Origin: Candidatus Omnitrophota bacterium
GTDB taxonomy: Bacteria; Omnitrophota; Gorgyraeia; Zapsychrales; Zapsychraceae
NCBI GenBank assembly: GCA_015233405.1
Contig: JADFXT010000009.1
Location: 10,446 to 74,445, forward strand
DNA length: 64,000 nucleotides
Direction of reading: 5' to 3'
In this document: in pieces, positions 1 to 11,800 of the stretch
How positions within the stretch are numbered: the first letter of the stretch is position 1
Layout: each line of letters starts with the position of its first letter
Notes under the pieces: model-generated
Database searches by the model: none
The model's input: the letters and a program-made list of their open reading frames with translations, nothing else
Told to the model about the DNA's origin: nothing
Program-made: the position numbers and the translations under genes

Positions 1-3000
1 TTAACGCCGTTCTTGAACACGCTGCAAGGGCTAACAGTTTTTAATTTAAATGTTATAGCTGGCCCGACAACAAATGAGGTCCCGACCATTACATCTCCGA
101 CGACAGATCAGCGCCTTTCCGGAGCCAAGCCGACTATAATCGGTAAAGGTCTTGCCGGGCAAAGCGTGGAAGTGTTAGCCAGTGATGCTTTAGGCAATTT
201 GTTATTGTCGACGGTCGGAATCGGGACGGTCGATGGCAGTGGCAATTATAATTTAACGCTCAATAGTCCTTTGGTTCGGGCGCTAAATTTTCTCTCTGTG
301 ACCGTCAACGGCGTAGCCAGTAATATTTTGGAAGTTAAAATGACAGACCCATTTGGTATTGTTTTTGACTCCACGACGAACAATCCGGTAAAAGAAGCGG
401 TGGTCAGCCTTTACCGCGTTTCGGATAATCAGTTGGCGACCGTCGCGGCCGGCGATTTGGACGCCGGGGACGTCAATCCCATCACGACCGGGTCGGATGG
501 GTTTTACAGCTACATCACGGCTAGCGGAAATTATTATGTCAGGATCAATGCCGCCGGATATGATTATCCTTCGGGCAAAACGACCTTTGATGCAGGACGG
601 TCGATCATAACCGGATCTAAGGGCGAGAATTTTACAATGGCAGGCGCAATTTTAGATATGGACCAGCCGGCGGATGCCAACGGGCGGTTCTTAAGAGTTG
701 AGAAAGACGCGAATAAAAAAGAGGTCAAGATCGGTGAGGTCATTACTTATACGGTTCACGCCGAGAACTTGACCCCCAATGAGATCGACGGGGTTTACAT
801 TGAGGATAAAATCCCGCCGGGATTTAAATATATCAAAGGCCGCGTTAAGTTGGATGATGTCCCTGTCGCTGACCCGACGGGCGAGCGTCCGCTAGTATTT
901 TCGGTCGGGAATTTCCCCGTTGGAGGCAAACATGTTTTACAATATCAACTTGTCGTCGGTTCCGGCGTGACCATGGGCAATTATGAAAACGTCGCCCACG
1001 CTCAATATAGCAATGGTCAATTGTTATCGAATCAGGCGACAAAGACAGTCAAGGTCACCTTAGATCCATTATTTGATATGGGGACCGTTATCGGAAAAGT
1101 CTTTTTTGATAAGAACGAGAACGGCGTACAGGATATTCCGGAATATTCCTCTCTCGACCAGGAAACCTATACGGAAACAACTGTCCCTAATGTGCGTATT
1201 GTTATGGAGGATGGAACGGTGGTGACCACGGACGCTCAGGGCCGATTTAGCATCCCTGGGATCAAGCCTGGACGGCATTTGCTGCGTTTGGATGAAAGCA
1301 GCCTTCCGGAGGGAAGTTATTTAACGACGGATAAAGTGGTTATCGTCGACGTGACAGCCGGGTTAATGGTCAAAGTGAACTTTGGTGTAAATTTGGATTA
1401 CAACCGTTTTAAGAGTGAAGACCAGCAATTCTTTACGGCCAAGGTCAAGGTGTCCCAGGACCGCTCGAAGCCAAGTCCGCGAATGAATGTGAGCCTTTTC
1501 CGTGGAGCAGTTCCGGTTTACGATAACGTTTTTCTCGAGAATGCAGAATTCAGGATCTTTATGAATTACGCCCCGTTCGTCGAGAAATGGCGCTTAGAGA
1601 TCCTCGATAAAGATACCCGTAAACTCGTCAAGAGTTTTGAAGGAGACCGGTTGACCATCCATGATCCGATCCTTTGGGATGGGAAGGACCTGACGGGTGA
1701 ATTTATCGATGTCAAACGTAATTATGTGTATGACGTCTCTGTCGAGGACAAAAAACATGATTATGACGAAACGGTCCTCATGCCGATTTCTTTTAATGTT
1801 TTAAAGGACGAGGATGCTCTTAAAGCATACAAAGAGGCCAAAGAAAAAGAGGACCGTGCGAAGAGTTATCGCGATTGGGTCAAGGCAGAGTCTTCCAAAA
1901 ACAATTTGTTCGTCCAGACTATTTTGATCGACGGAGAACGGCTTGTCTTAGACCGTTTGTCCGGACATCTTCAGAATGTCCGGATCATGAAAGACGGCCA
2001 GCTCGTCACGGAAATCCCGATCGCCCAAAAATATGGGCTGACAGCCAAAGAACTTTTGGAAGGAAGAATCCCTGAAGAAGATAATTCCCAGGATCATCTC
2101 GAGGTCCTCTTGCCGAAAGGGGATTATGATGTCCTCGTGCAGGAAGGACAGGGGGATACGGAAATTTCACCGTCTGTGGCGCAAAATGTTTCAACCTCGA
2201 CGGGTGGCGCCGCCGCTGCGGTTACAGAGATCACCGGCCAGCCGGCCAAGATGTATTCCAAGCAAGTCCGTGTGGGCGAAGATTATATGTTCTTCGTCGG
2301 GATGGGCGATGCCAAGATGGGATATGCCGTTAATACCGGCGATATCGAGCCTGCCCAGCAGAATGATAAGTATAAAGGCGGATTCTGGAAAGAAGGCTCA
2401 ATGGCGTATTATTTACGAGGAAAAATCAAAGGGAAATATCTTGTCACGTCGAGTTTTGATACGGACCGCCAGGAGAAAGCCTTGTTTAAGAGCCTGAATC
2501 CCGACCAGTATTATCCGGTCTACGGAGATGCGTCACAGCTTAATTATAACGCCACGGATACGCAAGGGCCGCTGTATTTGATGGTGGAATGGGATAAGTC
2601 CTCGGTGCAGTGGAGTAATTACAGCGTCGGGTTTGATGAAACGGAATTTTCGAAATATTCGCGCACGCTTTACGGCGGGAAAGTTAATTTTGAAAGTTTA
2701 AGCACGACCCCGTATGGGGAATCCCGGAGCAAGGTCGTTGCGTTTACCGCCGAGGAAAAGCAGCGCGCGGCCCATAACGAATTTTTGGCGACGGGTGGCT
2801 CACTGTATTTCTTGAAGAATAAAGACATTATTGAAGGTTCGGACAAAGTGAGGGTCGAGGTCCGCGATAAGATCACGGGTCTTGTCTTGTCGACGACCGA
2901 GTTAAAGAAAGGCGCTGATTATGAAATTGACGACGGAAGCGGACGCCTTTTATTCTGGATGCCGGTGCCGATGCTCGTCCAGTCCGCATCGATCATCTCG

Positions 3001-5751
3001 AATAAACTCTTGGAAGGGAACCTTGTTTATGTCGTCGCAGATTATGAATATGAGACGGCGGATATTTATAAAGAAGGCACTCAAGGTGCGCGTGTCCGTC
3101 AGGCCGTAGCAGATAATGTTTTGGTCGGCGCAACGTATGTCAAAGAATCCCAACAGTCCTCCAATTATCAGTTAAAGGGGACGGATGTCACAGCCCACAT
3201 AGGAAAAAATATGACGGTGGTCGGGGAATACGCCGAAACCCAAGCCAACACGATCGGGAATTATATTTCAACCGACGGAGGCTTAAGTTTTAATGATTTA
3301 ACGACGGGAAGCGACACGGTCGGCCGGGCATATGGCCTTAAGTCCGATGCCACATTATTTAACCGTTTGGGGTTATCGGCCTATTATAAGTGGATCGATA
3401 ATAACTTTGCGTCGACGGATTCCGTGTCTCAGCAGGGTAAGGAGCTCATGGGATTCCAGAGCGTTTATGATTTTAATGAAAAATCCCGCGTGACATTGCG
3501 CCATGACATCCAGCGCCTTGTGGATAACGGGAATTTACAGACGCAGACGCAGGTCGGGTCTTCTCAGGTTGCCACCACGATGATGCAGGTTGTGCATGAG
3601 ATCAGTAAATTAAAATTGACCGGAGAATATCAGCGGACACAAACCAAAGAACAAACAACGGACACGGCGGCGGTCAAGGCCGATTATGCGGTTAATGACA
3701 GGCTCAATATTTCTTTGGAAAAGCAGGTGTCCTTAGGCGCAGAAGGCTCGCCGGACCAGACGACGATTGGCATTACGGCCACGCCGATGGATAAGTTGAC
3801 CTTAACGGCCCAGCAGATCATTAGCCGGGAAGGAATGGCCACGACCCTTGGCGCTAAAGCGGATATGAGCGAACATTTTGCCTTGACCAGTGAATATTCG
3901 ATACAGCGTCCTAAACAAGGGGCCACGATGAGTTCTGGTACGACGACAACATCTATCGGCACGGAAATGAAGATCAATGATAAATCTTTAATAAAGACAT
4001 CTGTAGGGCTTGCGCGATCAAGCACCGGAGAGACCGCCGGGACTGTTGCCGTCAAAGGAACCACCCAGATTGAGGATAATACAAGTCTTCAAGGGGAAGT
4101 TGCCATGGCCGGCGCCGGGCCTTCACGAACCGCCACGATGGCTGTCGGCGGCGGGACAAAATTGAAAGTCAATGACAAAACAGATTTGGAAAGCACCGTC
4201 AATTTGACGAGCTCAACTCTAGGTCCGCAAGCCAGCACGGCCACGATCGGCCAAACAACGAAAGTGGATGAGAAAACGACCACGAATTCCGGAATGAGTT
4301 TTACCGATTCAACGACGGATGGACAAACCACGTCGTATATTTTTGGGACGACCAGGCAATTGACCAGTGAACTCCAGGCGGTTTCCTCTAAATCGTTTGG
4401 ACAAAAACCTGACGGAACAAGGCTTCAGGATGATACCTATAGTTTAGTTAGAGATAAAGACGGGCGTAAGCTCGAAGGATCTTTAAAGCGCGCATATTCC
4501 ACCGGCGCTACGGAGGTGTCTAAGTCCAACATTTTTGGCTTATCCGGCGATATTAATGACAAATGGGCGGTGACCGGTTCGATGGAAAAAGGAACAGTAA
4601 AGAATCTCGACGGAACACAGACCGACCGGGATGCGATGACAGTCGCTTTAGGGTATGTGAATAAGAATGAAGAAACCGGAAAGTCGATCAGCAGTTCCGT
4701 AAAAGCTGAATTAAGAACAGATAGCGGTGCGGAAGACCGAAAACAATATTTGATCTATCAGGCGACGGAAGGTCAGATCAATACTGCCTTAAAAGTGTTC
4801 TCTAAGTTGGAGCTTTCGAAAACGCGTAATCTTTCTGGGGATTTTACGGAAGCCCAGCATCGGGAGATGATGTTTGGCGGAGCGTATCGTCCCGTGACCA
4901 TGGACCGGTTAAATATTATAGGTCGTTATACGTATTTGGAAGAAAAATCTCCGCAAAGTCAGACGGACAATGCGTTAGTTGAAATGGAAAACGCCCATGT
5001 GATCGCGGCGGAGGCGATTTATGATCTGACTCAGCAATGGCAACTTTCTGAAAAGTTCGCTTTCCGTATTGCAGATGAAAAAGTCCAGGGATTTGATTTT
5101 AATAAAACGCACACATGGCTCATGATCCACCGGCTTAATTATCGCATCGACAATGATTGGGCGATCGGCGGTGAATTTAGAACTCTTACTCAGCGTGAAG
5201 CCGCGGACAGTAAAAGCGGCGTTCTGGTGGAAGTGACCCGCAGGCTCGGCGATTATGCCCAATTAGGCGTGGGATATGATTTTACGGATTTTGCGGATGA
5301 CTTAACGCAGTTGTCTTACAAGAGCCAAGGGCCGTTCATGCGCATGACAGGAAAATTTTATGACCGGACCGCGGATGAAATGGAGCGTTCTAAGCAAAAA
5401 TGGATTGATGAAAAAATTGACCGTTGGGCCTGGGCGCTGGTTCAGCAGGAATTTAGGCGCTCGAGCAGTCCTGTGCTAGATGAGCTTAACCAATATTTCC
5501 TTTTAGCGCAAAAGGCGAAAGAGAAAGGCGATCTGGAAAGATCTCACCAGATTTACAAAGATATTATTACGGCCGGGCAGATGATGTTTGAGGAAGCCGC
5601 GGAATATATTCGTAGCACCGTTAAGCATGAACAGCAATTACAGGAAATGCAGACGTTGGCCGACCAATATTTCAAGAACGGCGAGTATGAAAAAGCAAAG
5701 AAAATATTAGAGAAAATTCTGGAAGAGACTCGTAAACCTGTGGTAAAATAA
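1..5751 (+). CDS. Giant surface/outer-membrane protein, 5'-partial (1,916 codons in window): Ig-like, CnaB/SdrD-B-like and DUF11-like domains, then a >1,100-aa beta-rich barrel-like region, then a ~130-aa helical tail
   Basis: The frame is open from nt 1 (tta acg ccg ttc ttg...), so the track start at nt 13 (TTG) is probably internal. The N-terminal part has Ig-like (PTITSP...GQSVEVLASD...GSGNYNL), CarboxypepD_reg/CnaB-like (VSLYRVSD...TGSDGFYSY...GNYYVRI), DUF11-like (VKIGEVITYTVHAENL...IPPGFKYIKG) and SdrD-B-like (GKVFFDKNENGVQD...TTDAQGRFSIPGIKPGRHLLRL) patterns. A long stretch of alternating beta-like sequence ends in ...GPFMRMTGKF (nt 5356-5358 = Phe), which looks like an OMP C-terminal signal. 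Confidence 0.7.
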   Translation, partial: LTPFLNTLQGLTVFNLNVIAGPTTNEVPTITSPTTDQRLSGAKPTIIGKGLAGQSVEVLASDALGNLLLSTVGIGTVDGSGNYNLTLNSPLVRALNFLSVTVNGVASNILEVKMTDPFGIVFDSTTNNPVKEAVVSLYRVSDNQLATVAAGDLDAGDVNPITTGSDGFYSYITASGNYYVRINAAGYDYPSGKTTFDAGRSIITGSKGENFTMAGAILDMDQPADANGRFLRVEKDANKKEVKIGEVITYTVHAENLTPNEIDGVYIEDKIPPGFKYIKGRVKLDDVPVADPTGERPLVFSVGNFPVGGKHVLQYQLVVGSGVTMGNYENVAHAQYSNGQLLSNQATKTVKVTLDPLFDMGTVIGKVFFDKNENGVQDIPEYSSLDQETYTETTVPNVRIVMEDGTVVTTDAQGRFSIPGIKPGRHLLRLDESSLPEGSYLTTDKVVIVDVTAGLMVKVNFGVNLDYNRFKSEDQQFFTAKVKVSQDRSKPSPRMNVSLFRGAVPVYDNVFLENAEFRIFMNYAPFVEKWRLEILDKDTRKLVKSFEGDRLTIHDPILWDGKDLTGEFIDVKRNYVYDVSVEDKKHDYDETVLMPISFNVLKDEDALKAYKEAKEKEDRAKSYRDWVKAESSKNNLFVQTILIDGERLVLDRLSGHLQNVRIMKDGQLVTEIPIAQKYGLTAKELLEGRIPEEDNSQDHLEVLLPKGDYDVLVQEGQGDTEISPSVAQNVSTSTGGAAAAVTEITGQPAKMYSKQVRVGEDYMFFVGMGDAKMGYAVNTGDIEPAQQNDKYKGGFWKEGSMAYYLRGKIKGKYLVTSSFDTDRQEKALFKSLNPDQYYPVYGDASQLNYNATDTQGPLYLMVEWDKSSVQWSNYSVGFDETEFSKYSRTLYGGKVNFESLSTTPYGESRSKVVAFTAEEKQRAAHNEFLATGGSLYFLKNKDIIEGSDKVRVEVRDKITGLVLSTTELKKGADYEIDDGSGRLLFWMPVPMLVQSASIISNKLLEGNLVYVVADYEYETADIYKEGTQGARVRQAVADNVLVGATYVKESQQSSNYQLKGTDVTAHIGKNMTVVGEYAETQANTIGNYISTDGGLSFNDLTTGSDTVGRAYGLKSDATLFNRLGLSAYYKWIDNNFASTDSVSQQGKELMGFQSVYDFNEKSRVTLRHDIQRLVDNGNLQTQTQVGSSQVATTMMQVVHEISKLKLTGEYQRTQTKEQTTDTAAVKADYAVNDRLNISLEKQVSLGAEGSPDQTTIGITATPMDKLTLTAQQIISREGMATTLGAKADMSEHFALTSEYSIQRPKQGATMSSGTTTTSIGTEMKINDKSLIKTSVGLARSSTGETAGTVAVKGTTQIEDNTSLQGEVAMAGAGPSRTATMAVGGGTKLKVNDKTDLESTVNLTSSTLGPQASTATIGQTTKVDEKTTTNSGMSFTDSTTDGQTTSYIFGTTRQLTSELQAVSSKSFGQKPDGTRLQDDTYSLVRDKDGRKLEGSLKRAYSTGATEVSKSNIFGLSGDINDKWAVTGSMEKGTVKNLDGTQTDRDAMTVALGYVNKNEETGKSISSSVKAELRTDSGAEDRKQYLIYQATEGQINTALKVFSKLELSKTRNLSGDFTEAQHREMMFGGAYRPVTMDRLNIIGRYTYLEEKSPQSQTDNALVEMENAHVIAAEAIYDLTQQWQLSEKFAFRIADEKVQGFDFNKTHTWLMIHRLNYRIDNDWAIGGEFRTLTQREAADSKSGVLVEVTRRLGDYAQLGVGYDFTDFADDLTQLSYKSQGPFMRMTGKFYDRTADEMERSKQKWIDEKIDRWAWALVQQEFRRSSSPVLDELNQYFLLAQKAKEKGDLERSHQIYKDIITAGQMMFEEAAEYIRSTVKHEQQLQEMQTLADQYFKNGEYEKAKKILEKILEETRKPVVK
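5359..5748 (+). other. Helical TPR-like C-terminal extension lying after the barrel-terminal GKF motif of the giant OM protein
   Basis: The sequence YDRTADEMERSKQKWIDEKIDRW...LNQYFLLAQKAKEKGDLERSHQIYKDII...LADQYFKNGEYEKAKKILEKILEE contains two units that resemble the repeat module of the downstream gene. Confidence 0.55.
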
Positions 5752-5812
5752 AAACCATAATATAGATTTTTTACTATTTTTATTACTATTTTAATAATAA
5801 CCGTCGGAGAAT

Positions 5813-8800
5813 TTGCAACGTTCGGAACGTTTTAAGCTCCTTATGCCCATTAAAAGAAAATATAAATTAATTATCTTCCTTTGTTCCCTCGCATTTCTTT
5901 TTTCTAGAAATTCATTTTCTCAATCGTTGCCTTCAGAAGCGCCATCATCCTCCACCCAAGAAGCCGAGACATTTAAAGACCAAAAATCCCAAGAAGGTTA
6001 TATTGTCAATTTAAAAGATTTGATTAACCGGTCTAAAAAGAAAATCGAAGAAGTTAACGTTAAGCTGGAAGAACAAGCCAGACGTAGTCGTAACCAGCAA
6101 AGGGAAGAAAAAGCGCGGGAATATTATGAGCAGGCGATGCGTTTGTTTAAAGAGGGAAAATTAGAACAGGCTCAGGAATTGTGGCAGAAGGCGATCAAGA
6201 TTACCGAGCATCCTGAAATGAAAGGATATCTGAGCGAGAGCGCTGCTAAAACAAAGAAACAACAGGACGCGTTACGTAGTGAAGAATCTCGACGGATGAA
6301 GCGCTTGGAGATTGAACGCGGTTATAGCGCTGAAGAGGTGGAAAAGGCCTATGATGAGGCGGTGAAGCTTTATAAACAAAAGAAATATGTTGAGGCCAAG
6401 GATGGATTTGAACGCGTTGAAGATATGTTCCCAGACCATAAAGCGACACGCAGCTATTTGATGGTCATTGAACAGGAAATCCAGAAAGAACAGCAGCAGC
6501 TTATTGATAATAAATTAAAAGAAGAAGAGACCTCCCGGCAAAAAGCCAAAGAGGCCTGGCGTAAAGAGCTGGAACAGAGAGAGAATGAGAGAAAAGATTT
6601 CTTAGACAAACAGGCGCAGACGATTTATGAAGATGCGGTGAAACTCTATCGGGCCAGAGAATTTGAAAAAGCCAAAGAGCGGTTTAAGGAAGTTGAATGG
6701 GTTTATCCGAATTATAAATCCACAGCGTATTTTCTGTCCGGCATCGACAATGATATTAAAGAAGAAGACAAGCGCCGAGAAGTTGAGCATCGCCAGACGT
6801 TAAAGAATCAGCTAGAAGAAGACCGCAATGCTAAAAAGAAGGAAGAGGCACGGCAGTTAAAACTTCGCGAAGCCAAAGAGTTGGAGAGTGTTAAGAGCTT
6901 AAAGGATCAGGCTGAATTTGTTTATAAGACAGGGATCACCCTTTTTAAGAAAGGGCAATATGAGGATGCCAAGGCAAAATTTTTAGAAGCCAATCAGCTC
7001 TCCCCGAATTATAAGGAAACGAATTCCTATATCGCGCAGATTGATGAAAGTTTGGCTAAAGAAAAATCGGACAAGATTGAAAGAGCTCGCCAGGAGTTTG
7101 AGCTTCAGGTCAAGCAGGACCGTTTAAATAAGAGCCTCATCGAGGAAGAACAACGCAAGAAATTTGAGCAGGAAGAAAAAGATCAAATTGAGAAGACGAA
7201 AAGCGAAGCGGAATTGGTTTATAAAACAGCGGTTGCTCTTTATGATAACGCGCTTTATGTTCAGGCTCAGGAGAAATTTTTACAACTCGAACAGTTTTAT
7301 CCCAATTATAAATCCACGAAAGATTACCTTAAAAAGATCACCGCAAGGGTCCCAAGCAGCAATGAGCCGGAAAGTCAGATCAAGTCTGTCCAAAAAGCTT
7401 CTCAGAAAGAGCCCAACCGGAAAAAGCGTCAGATAGAAGAACAACAGTTCTCAGAGAATCAGGAAAGCGTCAAACAGCAGGCGGAAGTCCTTTATAAATC
7501 CGCGTTATCTTGCTATGAAAATAAACTGTATCTTCAATCTAAGGAGAAATTTAACGAGTTAGAGGCTGTGTCTCCCAATTATCGATCGACTCGGAAATAT
7601 TTAGAGCTTCTTAAGAAAAAGATCGTCGACAGTGAGCCTGAAGAAATTGCGAAAAGTTCGATGAGAGGTGCTTCTGGGGCATTCAATGAAGAAGAAGTTG
7701 TTGTGAAGAAAGCCGTTGAAGCCCGCCAACAGCAGATGTCTCAAGAAGCGGAACAGAAATATCAAGAGGCGGTGACTTTTTATAAGGAAAGAAAGATTAT
7801 AGAAGCGCAGAGGAAATTCATTCAAGTTGAAGCGCTGTATCCTGACTATAAAGAAACCGCAAAATATTTAAGCCGCATTGATGATGAAATAACAGGCTCA
7901 GAAAAGATCGGCACTTCTTTGAAAGCGAAAAAGGCGAGCCTTTCTCAGGAATCTTCAGCGGCCGAATCTAGCCAAAAGGCCCAGAGGCTTCCCGCTTGCA
8001 CGAGTTGCTCGTCGGGAGAATCGACCGCTTCCATTGAAGGCCTTTATCAAAGCGCAATAAAACTTTTTAATAGCAAAGATTATGAATCCGCGCAGGCACA
8101 GTTTGAAGAGGTCAATCTTCGCAAATCTGGGTATAAATCCACGAAGAGATATTTAGACCAAACAAAAAAGAAGTTAGATGCTCTCGAGACAGAGCAAAAA
8201 AGAAATCAGAATCAGGCCGTTCTTGATGAACATCTCCAGAAAAAGAACATAAAGTCCGGCATCTTAGAATCCAAAGCACAAGCTCTTTATAAAGAAGCGG
8301 TCAAGCTATATCAAACAAAGCTTTTTGTTCAGGCCCAGGAAAAGTTTTTGGCCATAGAAGATTTGACGCCGGAATATAAAGATACGGATAAATATTTAAA
8401 ACTCATCGCAGAGAAAATCAAGAAACAACAGGACCAGGAATCAGCTTTAAATGAGAAAATAGAGGCCGCTAGAAAAGAAGCCTTAATGGTGGATGAGCCT
8501 AAAGAGCAGGAGCAAAAGGATCGGCAGGAGTTCCGTCGCAGGCTTGAGCGAAAATATCAAGAAGCCGTGAAATTTTATAAAAAGAATCGTTTTGAAGAGG
8601 CCAAGAAGGATTTTCTAGAAGTGCAGGCTTCTCAGCCCAATTATCAAGAAACGGCTGATTATTTGGCGCGGATTGATGGGGATATTCAATCACAGCAACA
8701 ACAAAATATCAGTATTAAGTCGAGGAATGTTCAAGTCTCCGCCAAAGAGCTTTATCAAACCGCGTTAGCTTATTACAATAAGAAGGAATATCAGAAAGCC

Positions 8801-11800
8801 CAGGACAAGTTTAAGGAGCTCAACGAGCTTATTTTTGACTATAAATCTACAAATGAATATCTTGATCAATTGGAAAAGAAACTTCTGGAAGTTAATTTAC
8901 AAAAAAATCAATGTTTGGATGAATGTTTGAATGATTGTATGGAACGATGCATGGGAGTAAGAGAAGAAGCGGCTGGGCCTAAGAAAGCGCGATCCAAAAA
9001 CCAAGTGTGCGTGACCGGAAAGCCTTGTTATGATTTGTCTGAAGAGACTGACGAAATTTATCGCAATGCCGTCGCTATGTATAAGGCCGGAAGTTTTCAA
9101 CAGGCTAAGGCTAAGTTTAATGAAGTGAGTTTGTTGCTTCCTGGATATAAGAATACGGAAAGCTATTTGATTGTTATTGAACGCAAATTGGCTCAAGAAC
9201 AAAAAAAGAGAGAAAGAGAAAGCCAGATCATTGTATCTGATAAACAAAAGGAATCTTTAGAAGATCAGGCAAGAATCCGTCGGGATATTAATGCTAAGAA
9301 AACGAGCTGGGAAATAGGCGTTGAAGAACGGGTCGCGATGCTTAAGGCAAAAGAACGAGAGCTGGATTATTTGAAAGGGGCGCGCAAGGCTGAATATGAA
9401 AGAGAAATCAGAGAAGAACGAACAGCGCTCGCTCAATTAAGAGAAAAGTGGGCTCAGCAAGAGCATAAAAGAAAAAGAGAATTTAGAGTTCGATTTAACG
9501 AGGAAGAAAAGCGGAATCGTTTGGTTTTAGAAGAAGCCAGGCGTCTTAAAGTCAAAAAGCAAAAAGATTTAGAGAAAAAACTCAAAGCAGAGAAATGGGA
9601 AAAAGAGCGTCAGAAGGCAGAACAAGAGAAACAGCGAAAAATAGAGGCGGAGAAAAAACATCAGGAAGAGCTCCTTAAGAAAAAAGCAGAGCTGGATCGG
9701 ATGGACGAAGAAACTCGCAAGAAAAAAGAAGAAGAACAAAAACGTTTGGAAGGATTAAATAAAGAAAAAGAAGTCGAAAAGGTAAAATTACAAGAAGCTG
9801 CTGAACAAAAACAAAAAGAACAAGAATCTAAAGAGGCTGCAGAAAAGAAACAAGCTGAAGCCCCAGTCGTAAAAGCTGAAGAGCATCCCATCGAGCAGGC
9901 GATGGTAAGTCCAGAGGCGACTCCTCTAAGCGCTCCTGTGGCAGAGAATCAAGTAAAGCCAAAATCAGCCGCTTCGGAATATGAGTATAAAGAATATAAG
10001 GAAGAACTGGAAAAAGAACGCATAAAGAATGAGTATGAAAAATATCGCAAGGAGCAGATCACTCTTGAGAAAAAACAACAGGCTGAGTTTGACCGTCAAA
10101 GAAAACAAAGGAGTAAAGAGTCAGGCAACCGTAAAGAAGAGCTTCGGAAAGAATTATTAAAGGAAGCAGGTGTTCTATATCAGGAAGGGCTCAGCTTATA
10201 TCAGCAAAAATTTTATAAAGATGCCAAAGCGAAGTTTATGGCGGCCGAAGGTTTATATCCAGGATATAAGTCTGCAGGAGAATATATCGCGCGATGCGAG
10301 GACAAAATGATCTATGGGATGGCTGGCGCCTCGAAAGAAAGAAAGGTCGAGCCGAAATCGACCAAGCTTAATGATGCAGAGGCTATTTACAAAGAAGCTG
10401 TGCAGGCGTATCAATATGAGGATTATCCAGCGGCCAAAGATAAATTTACAGCAGTGTTAAAACTAAATCCCGACAATAGATCTGCACAAAATTATCTTAA
10501 GAAAACCGAACGAAAGCTTGCTGAGGAAGAAAAAAACAAACAAGACCAGGAGCGCCGCCGTAAAGACTATGAGGCAAAGAAAGAAAAAGAGAGACAGCAG
10601 AAAGAACTTGATGAGAAAAAACGCAAGGAAAAAGAAGACGCTCGTCGTAAAGATAAGGAAGAAAAAGAGCGATTAAAGCAAGAAAAGAAATTAAAACGAG
10701 AACAAGAGGCAAAGGAGAAGTTGGAACATTCTGCCAAGCAAAAATCAGAGCCGGAAGCAAAGCAAAAAGCATCTTCACAAGTTGAATCCCCGGCGGTAGA
10801 AACTAAACAGGAAGTGAAATCAGAAACGAAGCCAGAAGCAGAACTAGAAACGAAACCGGAAGCCGAGCAGCCTTCAAAGCCAGAAGTGAAACAGGAAGTT
10901 AAGCAAGAAGTTAAACTAGAGATTCCTAAGCAAGATCAGAATTTAAATAAGAAAGAGAAAAAGGAAGAGCAGAAAAAATTACAGGCAGGATATGAAAAAA
11001 TTTATCGAGACGCCATAGCTCTTTATAAGACTAAGGATTTTGAGAAGGCAAAGGTGGCATTTGAAGCGCTTGAGAATACAGCTCCGGGGTATAAATCGGC
11101 ACGGGATTATATTATAAAATGCCAGGATTCGATTCTAAAACAGAAACAGAAGGAAGAAAAAGAGAATGCCGATCGTGAACGATTAAGAAAAGAAGAGAAT
11201 CTGAAGAAAGCAAAAGAAAATCTTGAACAAAATTATCGCGACGCTGTTAATGCGTATCAGGCGAAGGATATGGCGACCGGGGATGAAAAATTTGCACAAT
11301 TAAGCGATATGCTTGCTAAAGGCGATTTTCCGTCGGAATATGTTCAATCAATGACAAAGAAGATGGACCAAAAGAAGTCTGAAATCCAAAAAACATTGGC
11401 TAATGAAGAGCAAAAAAGGAAAGTTGCCGAGAGTGCGAAAGCTGAGCTTGAGACAAGAGCGAAAAAGATTGAAGATGAAAAGCGTCATCAAGAACTAGAA
11501 AAACTGGAGAAAGAAATTCGTTTGGAAGAAGAACGTCTCAAGCAGCAGAAACAGTTGGAAGAACAGCGCATGGAAAAAGAGCAACAAAAGCAAACAAGCA
11601 GTGCGGCTCCAGAGGCGAAGAAGGCCCCGGAAACTCGAAAAAGTGTGCGGCAAGAACATATCGCTCAGAAGTATGCAGAAGCTTTACGCGAGCAAAAACG
11701 TTTATCCCAAGAAAGAGCTGCTCAGGAAAAAAGAGAACGCGAGGATGATTTAGAGAGAAGGCGCATTCAAGAAAAAGAAAGAAGAGCCCAGCTTGAACAA

